Part shown: in pieces, positions 40,170 to 55,100 of the stretch
Layout of the letters: the number at the start of each line of letters is the position of its first letter
Numbering within the stretch: position 1 is the stretch's first letter
Source: Balanoglossus misakiensis
Lineage: Eukaryota > Animalia > Hemichordata
Length of the DNA: 64,000 nucleotides
NCBI GenBank assembly: GCA_040954595.2
Contig: CM082586.2
Coordinates: 929,630-993,629, forward strand
Reading direction: 5' to 3'
Notes under the pieces: generated by a model
The model's input: the letters and a program-made list of their open reading frames with translations, nothing else
What the model was told of the DNA's origin: nothing
Database searches by the model: none
Program-made: the position numbers and the translations under genes

Positions 40170-43100
40170 TCAAATTAATTTGTGACTTTCTGACGTCGGC
40201 GTTGAGTTTCTCGAGATACTTCCTGAAGACGGTGACTCTACAAACACTGTTATCTCGTCCACCACGCGACCTGGATAAAAAAAATTACAGTACACAGTTT
40301 TCAGCTTTATACTTGACAGTTGTTGTATACACTGCAGTTGCACTGCCGAAAATTGTGAATGACGTAATCTCATAATTTGCTCACAAATTAACAAACGGGA
40401 ACTCAAAGACGGACAGTGTAAGTGATCTTCAAATGTTCTTAAATAACATGAGTCTGATGTTTTACTACTCACTTCGTTGTGTACTGCCTTGCATTTCGAA
40501 CGAAGAGATTCTTCGTGAAATCGAGTCTAATCGGTCACTGAGAGCATCCAGATCTGGTAGTTTGGAATACTTTCCAGACGACCTTTTTGAAGACTGTTGT
40601 TCTCTCAGCTTTTGTGCTAAAATGGAAAAAAAAAAGAGGATCACAATACATGTAATCACACAGCCACAGTCAATAAAAAGGTTAATTTTGTTTGTGAATG
40701 TGTACCACAATATTCCTTTAAAGTTAAGTTTATTATCTACCTTTGGGGATACTTGATTTGGTGTCATCTGGCCTTTTGTTCACTCCGAGAAACATTTTAA
40801 ACCGTCTGAGCATGAAGTCTACCATCTCATATTCGTTGCTCTGTTTTTCATTGTCTGATTTCACGATCTCGTAAGCCGTCACCAGAACAGTGACGAAGAC
40901 GTTGAACAAGACCATGTAAACGAAGATCATGAAGGTGAAGAAATAGAACCTCCCGAAGTACTGGTCTGTTTCCTCGATGTCGTGGTATCCGAATCTCCCT
41001 AGCAACATCGTGAAGAGAGTCTCAACGGAGAGAACGAAATCGGAGAAGTTGTACACATTGGGACCGAACACCAGGCACCCGAATTGGCCGTAGGAGAAGA
41101 AGATGACGAAGAAAATGACAGCGAAGTAAACAAGATCCTTTGAGGCGATTTTCAATGTCGATCCAAGCATGGACATGCGGCGGTTGAACCTTAAAAGACG
41201 CAGGAACTTGATGATGGATATGAAGACCACAATAGAGACAATATAGCCGAATATCTCGTCCCACAATGCAAGCTGTTGGAGGTTGACAAAACTTCCGGTT
41301 CCTGTTAAAAAGAAGTTGATCATATATTTATCATAGATATGTAGCAAAATCCTAAAAATGTAAGAACAATATATATAGTAAACTGGTGTTGTCCCAGCCA
41401 GTATTGATCAATCCAGTGCTTTTCTTTACATCAGTTAGCAGAACTAGTTATCAACCCCAAGCATACATACATATAAATCATTCAGCATGGGGTTTACCTT
41501 TGGAGTCCGAAGGTATGGAGTCAACTGCCAAGTTCCAGAAGACCAGTCGATAACTGTACATCACGCAGCCAGTAATGCTCAAGAACAGCTTACAGACCTA
41601 CAGGGTAGAAACACTGCCAAAGTGAAGCTACCACTGAATCAATTGCATGAGAGTTCATAGACGGTCCAATGTGTTGGAGTCAGATACTAAAAAGTCGGTT
41701 TCTTAACACACCGTGATGTCGATTAAAACGGATTACCTCAAGAAGGTTCCAGTAGCCCTTGAAGAATTTCAGTTTCTCCTTCTTCAATGAACGTATCACC
41801 TTGACGACAAAGAAGACCAAAAACACAACGAAGAGCACCTCGCACGCCACTACAAATGCCGAAAACGTTCCCACGTAGTTGTACAGTCGGAGGGGATAGA
41901 TCTTCGGCGTGACAATGACTGCTCCTCCTGACGTGAATTCAAGAATCAAGGTCACCATGCTGTCGAGAGAAAAGAGCAAAATATGACACGTCATGACACA
42001 ATCATTAAGTGACAATAGCTGCGACGTGTGACATTTCCAGTAATTTTGTAACATGAGCACTATCATCACCATGGCTATTATGAGTGAACTGTCTGACAAA
42101 GCTATTTAAATTGTTGCCAAGTACCTGAATAAATTGACATTTGCGTTGTACAGCGACGCTTCAACAAACACAGCCCGAGTGTGCCTATCCAACCATGTTG
42201 TATTCCATAAGTATTCAATGGTATCCATAGCATCATCGATGGTAGATCCTACAGGGGGAAAGACAGTCAGAAGGTATAGCATGCATGTCTCTATTGATGA
42301 AGTTGAAGTTCCAAGGTTTTACACATGTTGGGGTTCAGAAAATCTCACATAGCCACAAACTATCTGGTCAGACATGAAGAGTACATGTCAAAATATACCG
42401 ACTGATTTGCAGAATACTACGGAAAAGACCAATTACCAAGCTCGGCGACATAACCTCCTCCACGATACAGCTTCGACCTTCCGTAATATGGCAAACCGTT
42501 CAGTTCATCCGAGGACCTGTACAGCCAGGCGAATTCGTAGCCATCCCCGCTTGAAGACTCGTTGAACTCACTCCATTTCTCTCCGCGATCACTTCTGTCC
42601 TCTGCAGCCCACGAGTAGTCAACTTCACAAATCTCCGCTGTCTTGTACAACGGATACGGTGCCGTACATAGTTCTGGAGAATGGAAGGTCTTCATTTGAA
42701 CACAGATAGCTCATTATGTCACGAAAGTGTAAAGGTTTGGATTTCAACTTTTACAACCCGACAGTAATCTACCAGTCTCTATACCTACTGATTCACAGCT
42801 CACCATCTATCAGCGAGGTACCATCATGACCGACGTGTTAACCGAGGACAGATTGTCCTTTTAAATTGTGGATTGTGAACCTAACATTAAACGTATACAA
42901 AGATAAACCAACCAGGTGTAATTCTTAGATGACGGAGTCTTGCCGAGCCAATCCTGTACGAAACCAAGTCGTCTACAAACGAAGCCAGTTCCGAATCCAT
43001 GTGGTCACCGTTGTACCATCTGTGGGCGTAGAGGGCGGGTACGAATGTTACCTTTGTCCACTGCCAGAAGTCTTCAAATCCACTGTCAATCTATAATTGG

Positions 43101-46100
43101 TACAGAAAAGTGACCTTATTGGGGAACCTGAAAACAATTTATGTTCCAACATTTGTCAAAAAAACATCAATGGAGTCACCGTTTTCTGGATCTACGTAAG
43201 ATGACCCTGGCTTACCTTATCAAATGCTGGACCACTGAAAAACTCGTTTCTTAGATTGTGTTGTAGGTCGAACGCCCTCCCATCTCTGTTGCCATAGGCG
43301 ATTATCAACAATATCAACACGAAGAAAAAATAGAAGACGATTTCTCGTGAAATGTCCCACATCTTCAGTTCTTTCATTCGCTGTTCCCTCGCTGCTGCCA
43401 GTTTCTCTTCGTCTGGGGGTTTGTATTCTGTTGCTGAGTCTAGAGAAGCAATTATCAAATGTAGAATGTTACGATACATCAAGCACACTGTGCCAAGACA
43501 TGTATCATTTTAGACATGCATACACTTCAGTGGTCTGCGTTATAGTATGGATCATAAAATGCAAGAAGTGAGGTGTCATGTCCCTACGTTGTAAAGAAGG
43601 TCGAGTTTCTTCCTGTACATTGCACTGCGGTAGAGATTCTTTCTGGACATCCCTTTCCTCATCATCATCTGGTTTCTTGAAGATGAGAGAGATTGCCAAC
43701 GCCATCAACACCACCTAATTAGCAGAAAAGAGGAACATAGAGATTATTCAATTCTACACAAGTAAGGACTGGTTCAATTTATGTTGCTAATATCTCAGAG
43801 AGAAGCTGCCTACCTTGACTGGTTGAAGCAAGAGCACGCTCTGCAGAAAGGAGATGACGAATGACGTCAGCCACCTGACAGACTTGTCGTTTCCCCACTC
43901 CATGCTGTATAAAATCGTAAAGAACGCAGACACCAGCACGGAGACAAACACCAAAACCCAGGCGACGTAGATGCACCAGTGTGGAAACAAAAAAGCCTTC
44001 TTTTTCGTCTTCTTCACGGATGATGGTTTTTGGAGGGCTTCAACATCGGCACGGTCTGCACATTCGAGTTGTGCATCTCCTGGTAGACTATGGAGGCTCC
44101 CGACACCACTGTCTCCATCACTGGAAATCAGACGATCGCCAACCGCCATTTTGCCCGCCAAGTGTTTACCATTCGTCAGTACCGGAGACTCCTCAAGATT
44201 GACGTACTTTTTGCTTTCGAGCGTGCTCTCTACGAAGGTCACTCGTTTTGTCGACCGCTTGTTGTGTGCATCGATGTCTTTCTTGCGCTTACTCTTCCTA
44301 AAAAGCTGAACGATTGCGAGGTTCACTGGGAAGACGACCAAGCCTCCCATGATGCCCACGTACAACTCATGCCAGGTGAAGTGAAAGGGACCTGAAGAAC
44401 ACAAACACACTTTCTCAATTCGATTGCACCCCTAAAGGCAAATGTGATTTCTCGTTATCCTCAAATCATGACTCCTTCACGAAGGCACTCCACCACGTCA
44501 ACTTCAGGCCAACCAGTAAATTATCAGAATGATTTCAACCATTTCCTACCTAAAGTAATTCCAACATTGATGACAACATTCTCTTCTGTTCGATACCACA
44601 TGCAATTTGCAATCATAGTGGAGTAGAGCAACGAAAGACAGCATGACAATCGCTGGACACGGTTAAAGGTGCTCCTCGTGGGCCTTGAAACTGTGGAGAA
44701 CCAAAGATGTCCGTCCGTGAGATCCTTCTTGGCTGTCGACATGAACAGGTTCTGGAATTTGGTGACTTCGTCTTTGCCACAGACAGGAAGGAGTCGATCC
44801 ACTGCGCCGTCATCTTCTTCAACGGCAAGCCATCGATTGCAGATGAAGAAGTACCTATAGAGACAAAAAATGCTCGTAAACGACACATACCTTTCTGACA
44901 ATCACAAACGACATGAAGTACCAACAACACAAGCATAAATGGCTGCATGTGCAAGAAAACCTTGATAGTAGAAGTGCTGATCACTTATTGACTGTCTCGT
45001 TTACCTTTGCCCAGACTGCAAGTCCACCACACAAACTTTATCCAGGAACCAGGATGCGTTGGATCCTTTCCCTGAATTGTCATGCCAGATCCTCAAATAC
45101 GTCAGCGGTCCCAAGGACACCTCCGTGCTCATGAAGAAGTTGATGTGGCTGGATCTGTCGAACACCTTCCGTTGGTCATCTTCAAGACACCTCGCTCCTG
45201 TGTCGCCATTGTCACCTGAGAGGAGGAACTTGACCTTCGACCTCGTTCCAGCCCCTCGGCCGATTCCCGTGTGCACTGAGAGTTTATAGTAGAAGTGTTC
45301 ATTGGGTTTGTTGTCGATGAGAGGCAGTGTTGCCCACTGTATGAGGTAATCATTGACACAACATTGTAATTCGAGTATAAAATATCCAAGGCGTATCTCT
45401 ACGGAAAAGTCACTTCCAATGTTTATAAGACAACAGGCGATAATCTCAGTTGTCATATATTCCAGAAATAAAAACGACATTTTTTTCGGAGAAGTGAAAA
45501 ATGTAAAATACAACGTCTTACCTTCAGCTGATCTTTCTTATCAGCTCTTCTGGCAAAGAATACACAGATCGCGTAGACAACGAGAATTGCCACCACCGTA
45601 GAAAATACCGCCGCATTGCTGCCAAGGTTTTCAAACTTATTGAAAACTGTGCTGAAGTCGATCGAATTCGGCGGTGTAAAATATCCTGCCCCGAAAGAGG
45701 TGAGATGATTGCAAAGACATTTTGTGTGGGATGAATTAGATTCATCCGATACCTGTGCAGAAAAACAAAGTGATGAAACTATCAAGGTTACTCTCGAATT
45801 TAAAAGACAAATCAAGTTCAAATAAAAAGGTTGAAGCCTTCATATGTCTCACGTACCCGGCATCCACTCGATTTCCAATGACTCGTAGTATCATCTTTAT
45901 ATAGACATGATGTGGTAAACACTTGAATGGTGAAGTTTGTTGTTCCTGCAAGAAACATGAACATAAAACACAGGGTACTTATAGAACTACTGAAAAAAAT
46001 TGTATATGACTTGACATTACGCATGGGGATGAGTTCTTGGACTTGGTCTGGAAAACAGTGGATACAAAGTCGAATCTTTTAATAGTGTCCACACCTTCAA

Positions 46101-49100
46101 TAGGCGAAACGCCAACGAAATATTCACCGGGCACCTCCAGCTCGTCGGCAGATAATCTGAGAGTGTACGCTGATTCCTCTGTTAACATTTTATGTTCACC
46201 GTCGGATGCGTCAAATGGTAGTAATGCCATGGTGTCGTAGTCACTAGATGATGGGGGATATCCTCTCCTTAGATAGACTCTGTGTAGGTGTACGATGTTG
46301 TCAGGATTGGCAAGAATTTCTGGTAGAACGACAACGTGCAGGACATTCTCTGGTTGGTTAACCTGTAGATGTACATACAGTAAAGTGTGTTAGGTTCCAT
46401 TGTTTGTGAAAAGTGCAGTGGTCAACCACGGGTAACATCTCTGCATCTGAATTACCATGGGGATTGCTGAGATGTTACTTACCGGCAAGTACACGCTTCC
46501 TATGAACATGTCATCTGGACCAAGATCACCGGGAGAATGGACTGAGATGTTTCTAATGCCGATGGTGGGGTTTTCAAAGGTTAGGGCGACGTCTTCGTCG
46601 ATGCCATTTACTAGAACCAAGAAGTTAGAATAGGATACATGACGGGAACAAACATGACAGATCATATACGGCCAAACGCCAGTGGAAGACATTAAGGGGA
46701 TGAACATGAATAGCTCAATTTTGTACAGTTTAGCTACGGCATGGCTGACCTTCAATTGTTGCCCCGTCTGAGCCCAGAAATTCCAGTCTCACGACCGCTG
46801 TTGTAACTTCGGGGGCAGAGTCCTCTGTTACCCAAGGATTCCTCGGAAAGAACATCATCTGAAGAGGCAAATATTTTTGAAGGTTTAAATTTCATCTAGT
46901 ACGATTGGCCTTTCTTGGATGATTTTCTTTTATTTATGTTCTTTGTAAAGATTCAGTAGCTCAAAAATAACGTTAGCTGCTTGGACAAATCTTGGTGAAA
47001 ATTCATGTGGTCCATCTTAGAGATTTCCAAAGCTCAGGTCTTACCACGGTATCGATGTATGCATCGTTTAGATTGTCAGGGAACAGTGTATTGGCATCAG
47101 GAAGACTGATCTCGGTTTTGGCGGTTGACAGTGTTCTCCCAGCGGCAGCATCAACAGTCGTTCGCTCCAGTGTTATAGAAACTGCCGGACTAGCGAACGT
47201 CATTGGTGGTTCTCCCGGGACCTTGATGTCGATAGCGCGCTTAGCAACCACTTCCAAAGCTTCCAGTAAAGCGCCCGTGGCTGTTGTCAACTTGAAAAGA
47301 GTAAATTGAGAATAAAATGTCCTTTATTTCTTGATAGTCAGCCGTTAAACTCACATTGTCGAGAAATTCTTCAATAACAAAATGTATGACGTACACAAAA
47401 GGCAGGTTAGCTAGCCATATGGCCTATAGTACCCACTCATTGCCTCGGAGTAATAAATGGCCCCCAAACGTCATTAAACAGTTACCGACGAAGCAGAAAT
47501 GTCATGTCACATCGGTAGGAAGCATAAATTCTTTGTACTTTTCCAAGAATCAGCACGCTTCATGGGGAGTTCGTGATAATTGAAAACACGAGTCGCTAAA
47601 ATCCTATATTTGCTCTTTTCGTTCAAATCCCTCATTTCCTCTGCTCAGTTCTAGCAGTGACGTCAGAAGTCTCTACAAGAAGAAACTTACTCCAATTTCA
47701 ATGCCTACTCACCTCGGAGGTGCCTGGAATGGATATACTGTCAAGTACATTACTTATAGAGCTTGTGATTCCTGCAAGAGTATAAAATTACAAAGATACA
47801 CGAGTGTCTCAAACGTATGTGTGTTATTCATAGAACTACACCCACCAAATACATGAACAACACTCATATATTTTCTCAATGATACATAAGTTTTGTAAGC
47901 AAAAGTCTTGAACAACATCTTCAATTTAACTAAAAGAGCGTTGATGAACGAAACACCATAGAATATAAATGTTTTCTTACCTTGTGCAATCTCCATAATA
48001 TCTTCAAACTCATCAATATCGACATGAAACATTTTCTGAGACACTTGTTGTATTGCAGATACTGCCGATAACTGAATAAAACAATGTCATTATTAAAATT
48101 AATAGGGTATTTCTCTCATTGAATATCACAGTGGAAACTATCAAATGATAATGTATGTATGATATAATAACCGCCAGTGCATTCCTACCTTTGCTTGCTT
48201 TGTCAACTGTTCGGGTATTTGTGTTAGCATCCTGGCGGTATTCGCTAAAAGCAGAAGTTGAGCCGACGATAAATCAATAGACGCTAATTGCTCCAGAGCC
48301 ACAAGACTGGTTTCTCTCGCCTACAAATAAGGAATTGTAAATTTATCATGCAAGACAGATAGCCAGACAGACATTTACAGATTATAGGAACAACATCTTC
48401 AACATCTAACACTGCTGCATGTACACATACAAGCTGTATTACGACAAATCCTGGACTATGCAAGACAAGAACAAGATGCTACACCGTTTAAACACAAACC
48501 CACAAATTCGTATATCAAAGGTTACGGCTAATGTGGCTCTAAATATAAGCAAACGTGCCTGAAGTTTTGTTCCATTGCCAAAAGCATCTTCACTGTTTAT
48601 GGTCTGTAATTAGAAGGGCATACATAAACAATGTTAAGGAAGGATAGTACAAGTGCTATAATGGTACACTGTGGCGAGTATGTGAACATCATCCTAACAG
48701 CAAAACAACAACATCTTACTTCAGAATTGAGCAACGATGCTACTGCGTTGAGCAGCTCCAGGGCAGCTACACTGTCGTTGTATTCCATAAACGCAGTCAA
48801 ATCTCCGTCTTCATCAATTATGTTTGATACCAATGATTCGCCTTGGGTGGTATTCATTGGTCCCACCTAAAAGGAAATAAAAACATAATAGGCTATCACA
48901 GGCTATCGGAATTTCACAATGCTTAGTTATAATTTTATATACAATTATAGTTACTGAAGACTTTGCACGTTCCATGATCTAATGTAATTTCTCAAAGTCC
49001 TGAAGATTATCCCGGAATAATGACCGAAAGTGTAGAACAACATTGACATGAAAATATGGAGATAGTAAAACTATAGAAGAAAGTTTTACCTTTACATCGA

Positions 49101-52100
49101 CGACCTTGTCCGTGTAAGCCTCGAACTCGTCGTAAAATCTTATCTTGACAGAGACAACGTGGTCGTGTTTGCGAATACCCAACGGTAGTCTAAGCCCATC
49201 CTTGTGTATATCACTTACACCAGGCTGGATGATTTCACGGTCAGTCGACGATGAGGACCGTGCACCTTTCGATGTTGTGAAGATTTTATATGACACTATT
49301 CCGTCGTCATCACTGAGACCATTGCAGTTCAGAGAAAATTCAGTGACATAAAAAATTCCTGTGGACAAAGCAGTATTGTTAGGCCCTACAACAGAGATGA
49401 CACGATCGTGTTTGTTTGTTTGCTTGCATATGGGACTTGTGTGTATCTATAAACTACAATATTTGTATGATTGTGAACTTTACATACAACAGACAGTGAC
49501 AGAAAAACAATGTCATATTGCTAGGCTCTCCACGCAGTTTCAGGACAGATTTTTCGTGCGTCTACTGAAAACAGCGACTGACACTGGCAAAATTACTGTG
49601 ACAAAATAAGTTACATTTATTCCACGGCTCTAATCTGGCGAGAACGTCTACGCACCTTCTGTTGGAGATAATTCACATTGATTGACCGTGGGGACCATGG
49701 TCATATCTAGAAAACTCCCGGCGGTTGCGAAGTTATAAATTGGATGTGTAACTCTGACATTTAGCCTGTAGAGCAAACCCGGTTCTAATTTGTTCGGTTT
49801 AATGGAGATAAAGGCTGTCGTTGTTCCTAGGATGAATATTTGGGGAAAAATAATATGACATTAATGGTTTGTAGCAACTTATGGGTGGGTGAAAAAATAT
49901 AATAGCTCTATATCTAAAGAGAATATTGTTACACAAGTTTTATTCAATACGTGTCCAGTAAGTATGGTACTTGTGTAAGGTGTCGCTATGGAGGTCGTTG
50001 CTAAGGATGGCTTGTGTTCCCTGGAAGGGGGGATTTCCTATCACGTTTTGGGGGGATGATATCATAGCTTGTCGAACACCAATCAGAAGAGCGTTCTGAG
50101 TCACGTGAAGCGTGCTTCAGGACAGATTTCTCCTGGCTGTCGGTGTGAGAGGAACGCTGTACCCGATGCTGTGACATTTAGCCCGTTTCCTTGCCTCCTC
50201 TCTACACGATAGCCATCACAAGGTCTATCGATAGCTTGATGGAAAGTGGTGTTAAGTTTAGCGGGTCGGTAGTGGCGGAGATTTCGTCGTTCGTGGTGTT
50301 TCTAGGCCCTACTACCCAGTGAGAGAGCTACGCTTGCTGTGAGCGGCATGTTCGTTACACGCGTTCGGCTGTCAATTTCAGGGGGGGGGGGGGAGCTGTC
50401 GTCACAATTTGGGGGCAACGGTGGCATAAATAGTCGGATTTCCAGAACGCCATTTCGAATTATCACCAAGGATTGAGTCAACTTTTCTGTTTCAGTGACT
50501 TGTTGATGAAAAATGAGGTCATACAAAAGTAATACAGAGGTGTTCACTCTGGGCACCGTACTCCTCACGGGATCTGATTTATCAGATCAGTGCGACACCT
50601 TTGGTTACTTTTCCGTTTGTTTGAGAGCTGTACAATATTCATTTTAGCAGTCATCGTCCGATAGATTGGATATTTGTTCTCCATACTCGTGATAGAAAAC
50701 ATTGTGTCAATTTTTCAATTTCTATGTGCCTTGCCTATACTCTTGTATGGGATATGAATGTATCATCACATGGCGAGGACAGGGAAATTTATTGTAACAA
50801 TAATTCATGCTGCAGTCATTGCTGACTGTGCCCTAAAAATCTTCTCATTTCTACGAGTACAAAGAGAAATTTTGGGAAGGGTACGGGGAGGGGGGGGGGG
50901 GCGATATCTGGTAATTCGGATATATCGGTTTATATATACAATGAAAGGTCACCACGTAATTACTGAAGGCTCCCTAAGTTGGTGTTTATTGTACATGTAA
51001 AGCCAGTCATACTTGACAGCGCCCTCACACACCAGGGCATAAATTTCCTTTTGTTTTCGACTTTTGGTTTTCTTACTCATTCCCACATACCTGTGTATGT
51101 CATGTTTACCCGCCTTCCTAGATCATTCTGGCCACCTTCCTCGCTCAAATATGCTGGGAAAATTGACCATTTATAATGTGGCTCAATGCCATCTGGAAGG
51201 TCTGAAAAGATTACAGTTCTGGAAATCTTCTGCAGCGGATTTGTCCTCTGATGACAGTTGAAAATACAGCTGCCGGAGAAATATTAATCATACTGTTTAA
51301 GTTTTCTGCTTGAACTCGCTCTGTTCAACAATTCTTTATTCCTTGTTATTGGTGTTGGTCTTTGCTTTCCTTTTGATTTATTTTTTATTTGATTAAATAA
51401 TTGCAATTTATAGTCACATTAAGCTGTTGTGTTTACAATTACCTTATTGTTACGCCAATGCAATTTTGTTCATCGCTTTTGTCGTGGCAATCAAAGTTGT
51501 TGTCGCAAACCAGAGATGAATTGATGCAACTGCCGTCATGACAACGGAAACCAAATGGCGGTGTGCATCCTGAAAAATATGTTGATAAAAACATTATTAA
51601 GTAGTATATGTTATTTCACAATTGATTCGGAGACACTTCAGCCAGTTTTTTTTACTAATCAAAAATATTGATGATGGTACATAGTGATTTATCATGATAA
51701 ATAATATATTATATTATACCAGTATATTGATGGTGTAAATCACGCTATTTGATTGGTCGAGACACGACACGTGACCATGATATATTAGCCATATACCACA
51801 GTCATATATCATAGTCAAAGAAAATGCCTTTTTAAAATGTTTTATGCAAAGTTTCAATATACTGGCATAATATAATAGCAATAAAACACCCCCAGCCATG
51901 GTATACCACGCGCGTATATGTCGTGAACTGGTCAAAATCTCGTGGTATACCATGGCTGGGGGTGTTTTATTGCTTAAACATTAAATACCAGGATTGTCAC
52001 AGTTAATCTCATCACTGCCATCAGCACAGTCCAAGTGTCCATTGCACAGTAAACCAAGGTGCATACATTTCCCTTCTTCCTTGCAAAGGAACTCGTCCCA

Positions 52101-55100
52101 GCTGCATCCGTTATGCGTAGCTGTTGGTGTTAGTGTTAGTGGCTTCTCTGTGCTCTGTAGACTAGGGGATGTTTCGGGTATCTTTGTGCTGTGTAGGCTA
52201 GGGGATGTCAGGGGCATCTCTGTGCTTGATAGGCTAGGGAATCCTGGAGTAGAAATATTTTCTGTTGGTGTAACAACATCATATGAATTATTGATTGAAT
52301 GGGTGACAGGTATGGAACCACTCTCAATAAGTCTATCATAGATTGCTTTGAGTAACACGTTTCATTTCCTGAAAGGAATGTAGAAACTTATTTACCCATC
52401 AAGCAGATGATGCAGATACTGTGCAAAGTTAGTACATGGATAGTGAAAATGAATTAGTACATAAGGATAAAAATACTCTATCAATGTAGGTATTAGTAAC
52501 TTAAAAAAGAATCCAACCTTCACAAGTCATGTTATCAGCCGACAGGCTAAATCCTTCTGGACACCAACACTCAAAGCTTCCCTGTAGATTGGTGCATTCG
52601 TGTGAACAGTTGTGGAGCTTTGCAGAGCATTCATTGATATCTGCCAGGAAAAAAGAATTATTTTTCATATAAATCGTTAAAGTATTGTTATCATAGATCA
52701 CACCCAGTCATTTCTGTTTTATAGTCTTTTCACCTTGTAGTATTAGTCACACACTGTTCTATTTTATACCAACGACAGAGAAAATCAAATAATTTAACAA
52801 TATTTGTAATAGTTTCATAGACATATTTAGAAATTAGAGATATCTCTTTTGGACCAAGGAGAAAAATAGATGCGTATCATTTACTATCATACCTGTACAG
52901 GTCACATTATCTGATGCAAGTCTGTATGTCGAGTTGCATGAACATTGAGCAGTTCTGGATGCATTAAAGCATAACTGTGAACAGTTTTGCTCAACGTTGT
53001 CACATTTATCTAAATCTACAATATATACAACACATTAGTAGCACGTACACCACGTGATATATTACCATTAATTTATGCTAATGCTATGTGTTTACATTAT
53101 GAATTCCCTTCACCAGTTCTGTCTACCATGCGTCCGCGTATTCATATATCTATCTCTCTATCTATCTCTCTATCTAGAACTTATCATCTGCCCGTCCTTC
53201 CAATAAACTGTTCTAGGTGATACTCTGCATCTGTAAAGACCCACGAAGCCCCTTAACCAAATGCAACTATTCACCCAATCCAACCTTGTAACCCGAAATC
53301 GTGTATAGACATTTACTTTTTTACTACAAGTTTGCCAGTATGTTTTTTCATGAGTAGCAAAGAACCTCACATTTTCAGAGCTACCTTTCAATGGTTCAGT
53401 TGTGCTGATGGGAATTACATGCAGAATGAACTGTGAAGGGAAACATTGGCACACAAGACAATACATGCTCCTGAACATATAAAAGCCAAATGTATGATAT
53501 ACCTTCACAGCTCACATTATCAGATGTCAGCTGGTATCCTAGGTTACAGGAACACTGAAAACTCCCTGGCGCATTGGAACATAACTGTGAACAGTTGTGT
53601 CCACCATTACATTCGTTTATATCTATAAGTTGAAAAAAACAACCAACAGTAAAATGGGCACACTGTCTCCTTTCATAGCCGTTTTAATTGAAGGGTAACT
53701 GCCATTTTGCAGTGACTAATCACAGAGAACTATGTCATACCTTCACACGTCACATTATCTGATGCAAGCTGGTAGCCCATGTTACAGGCACACTGAAAAC
53801 CTCCTGGTATATTAGAACATATCTGTGAACAGTTGTTATCACCGGTGGTGCATTCGTCTATATCTATTAGAAAAAAAGCTGTGTCAATACATTGCCTTCT
53901 TGCTTTGTTACTTCCTTACTTTCTTTCTTTATTCCTTCTTCCCTTCCTTAAATAGCACAACATCTGCGAAGGTGTTCGTGAATCAAATCAAGCAAAATAT
54001 GTTCCGATGCAATAAAGGTTAATATAATTTAACTTTCCATAGAATCACAAGTATCAACTGACTGCTTAGCAACAGCAAACCAAAGCTATAATATTTACTT
54101 CATTTTATAGAACATAAATTGGATCTTTAACATGAAAAAATATGACAGACTTACCCACGCATGTGTCTCCCACCATCTGATAACCATGGTAACAGACACA
54201 GGCATAAGAGCCAGGACCTCCTACACACTCGTGTTCACAATCGCATTCTGGTAAAAAAATAATGTCACATGTCACTGACCCAGAAAGAGACATAACCGTG
54301 TTTCCACGTAAGAGCAGTACATACAAATTATTCTCACTAAAGTGATTTTTAGCTAATTCCACTGGTCGTAAAGCTGGTATCCTTAGAAGCTACCTCAGCC
54401 ATGCAAGTTGACAACAGAGGGAGGATATTCCAGCCATGCACGTTGGTTATATAATTGCAAAAGTACTTATAATATATACATTGTGTATATATAAAAATGT
54501 AATAGAGAGTTATCTCACTATTATCGTACGAAATTCACATCAAAACCATTGTCCAAACCTTTGAAGATTGGCTCCTTGTCATAAACAATGTGTGTTGGCA
54601 TGTTATCCTTCCTTTAATTCAGTTTACTTCACTTCAATTCAATTCAATACTCAATTCAGTGGAAGTCAGGTGCATACAGTGAGATTGTTACAAGAAAAGA
54701 ATAACCCATTTGCTGGTTAAATATATATAGTGCTAATCATAGTAGATTCACCTTTAAGTTCAAAATATCTTACCCAAGTATTATCTTGTGACTAAATTGT
54801 AATGTTATTATGGTGGGGGGGGGGTTTACCAAAGCAGAAGATACATTTATTATAGACCGTCCTAGACAAAGTGGGGGGGGGGGGGGTGTGGTCAACAGTA
54901 TTCACAGAAAAATCTGAAAAAGGTATAAAAACATTTTACAGTCGTAGAGCTGATTATACCTTTAAAGCTTGGATTACCAAATTGTCACCTACCGCAATTA
55001 GCTTCGTCACTTCCGTCGTAACATTCACGAATACCGTCACAGACATTATGCCATTTAAGACACGTTTGGCCACCGTCACATGGTATCTCATGAGATTTAC

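Noticed and set aside
43971-45289. Multiple + strand ORFs over polycystin exons
   Set aside because: Antisense shadows of GC-richer coding exons.
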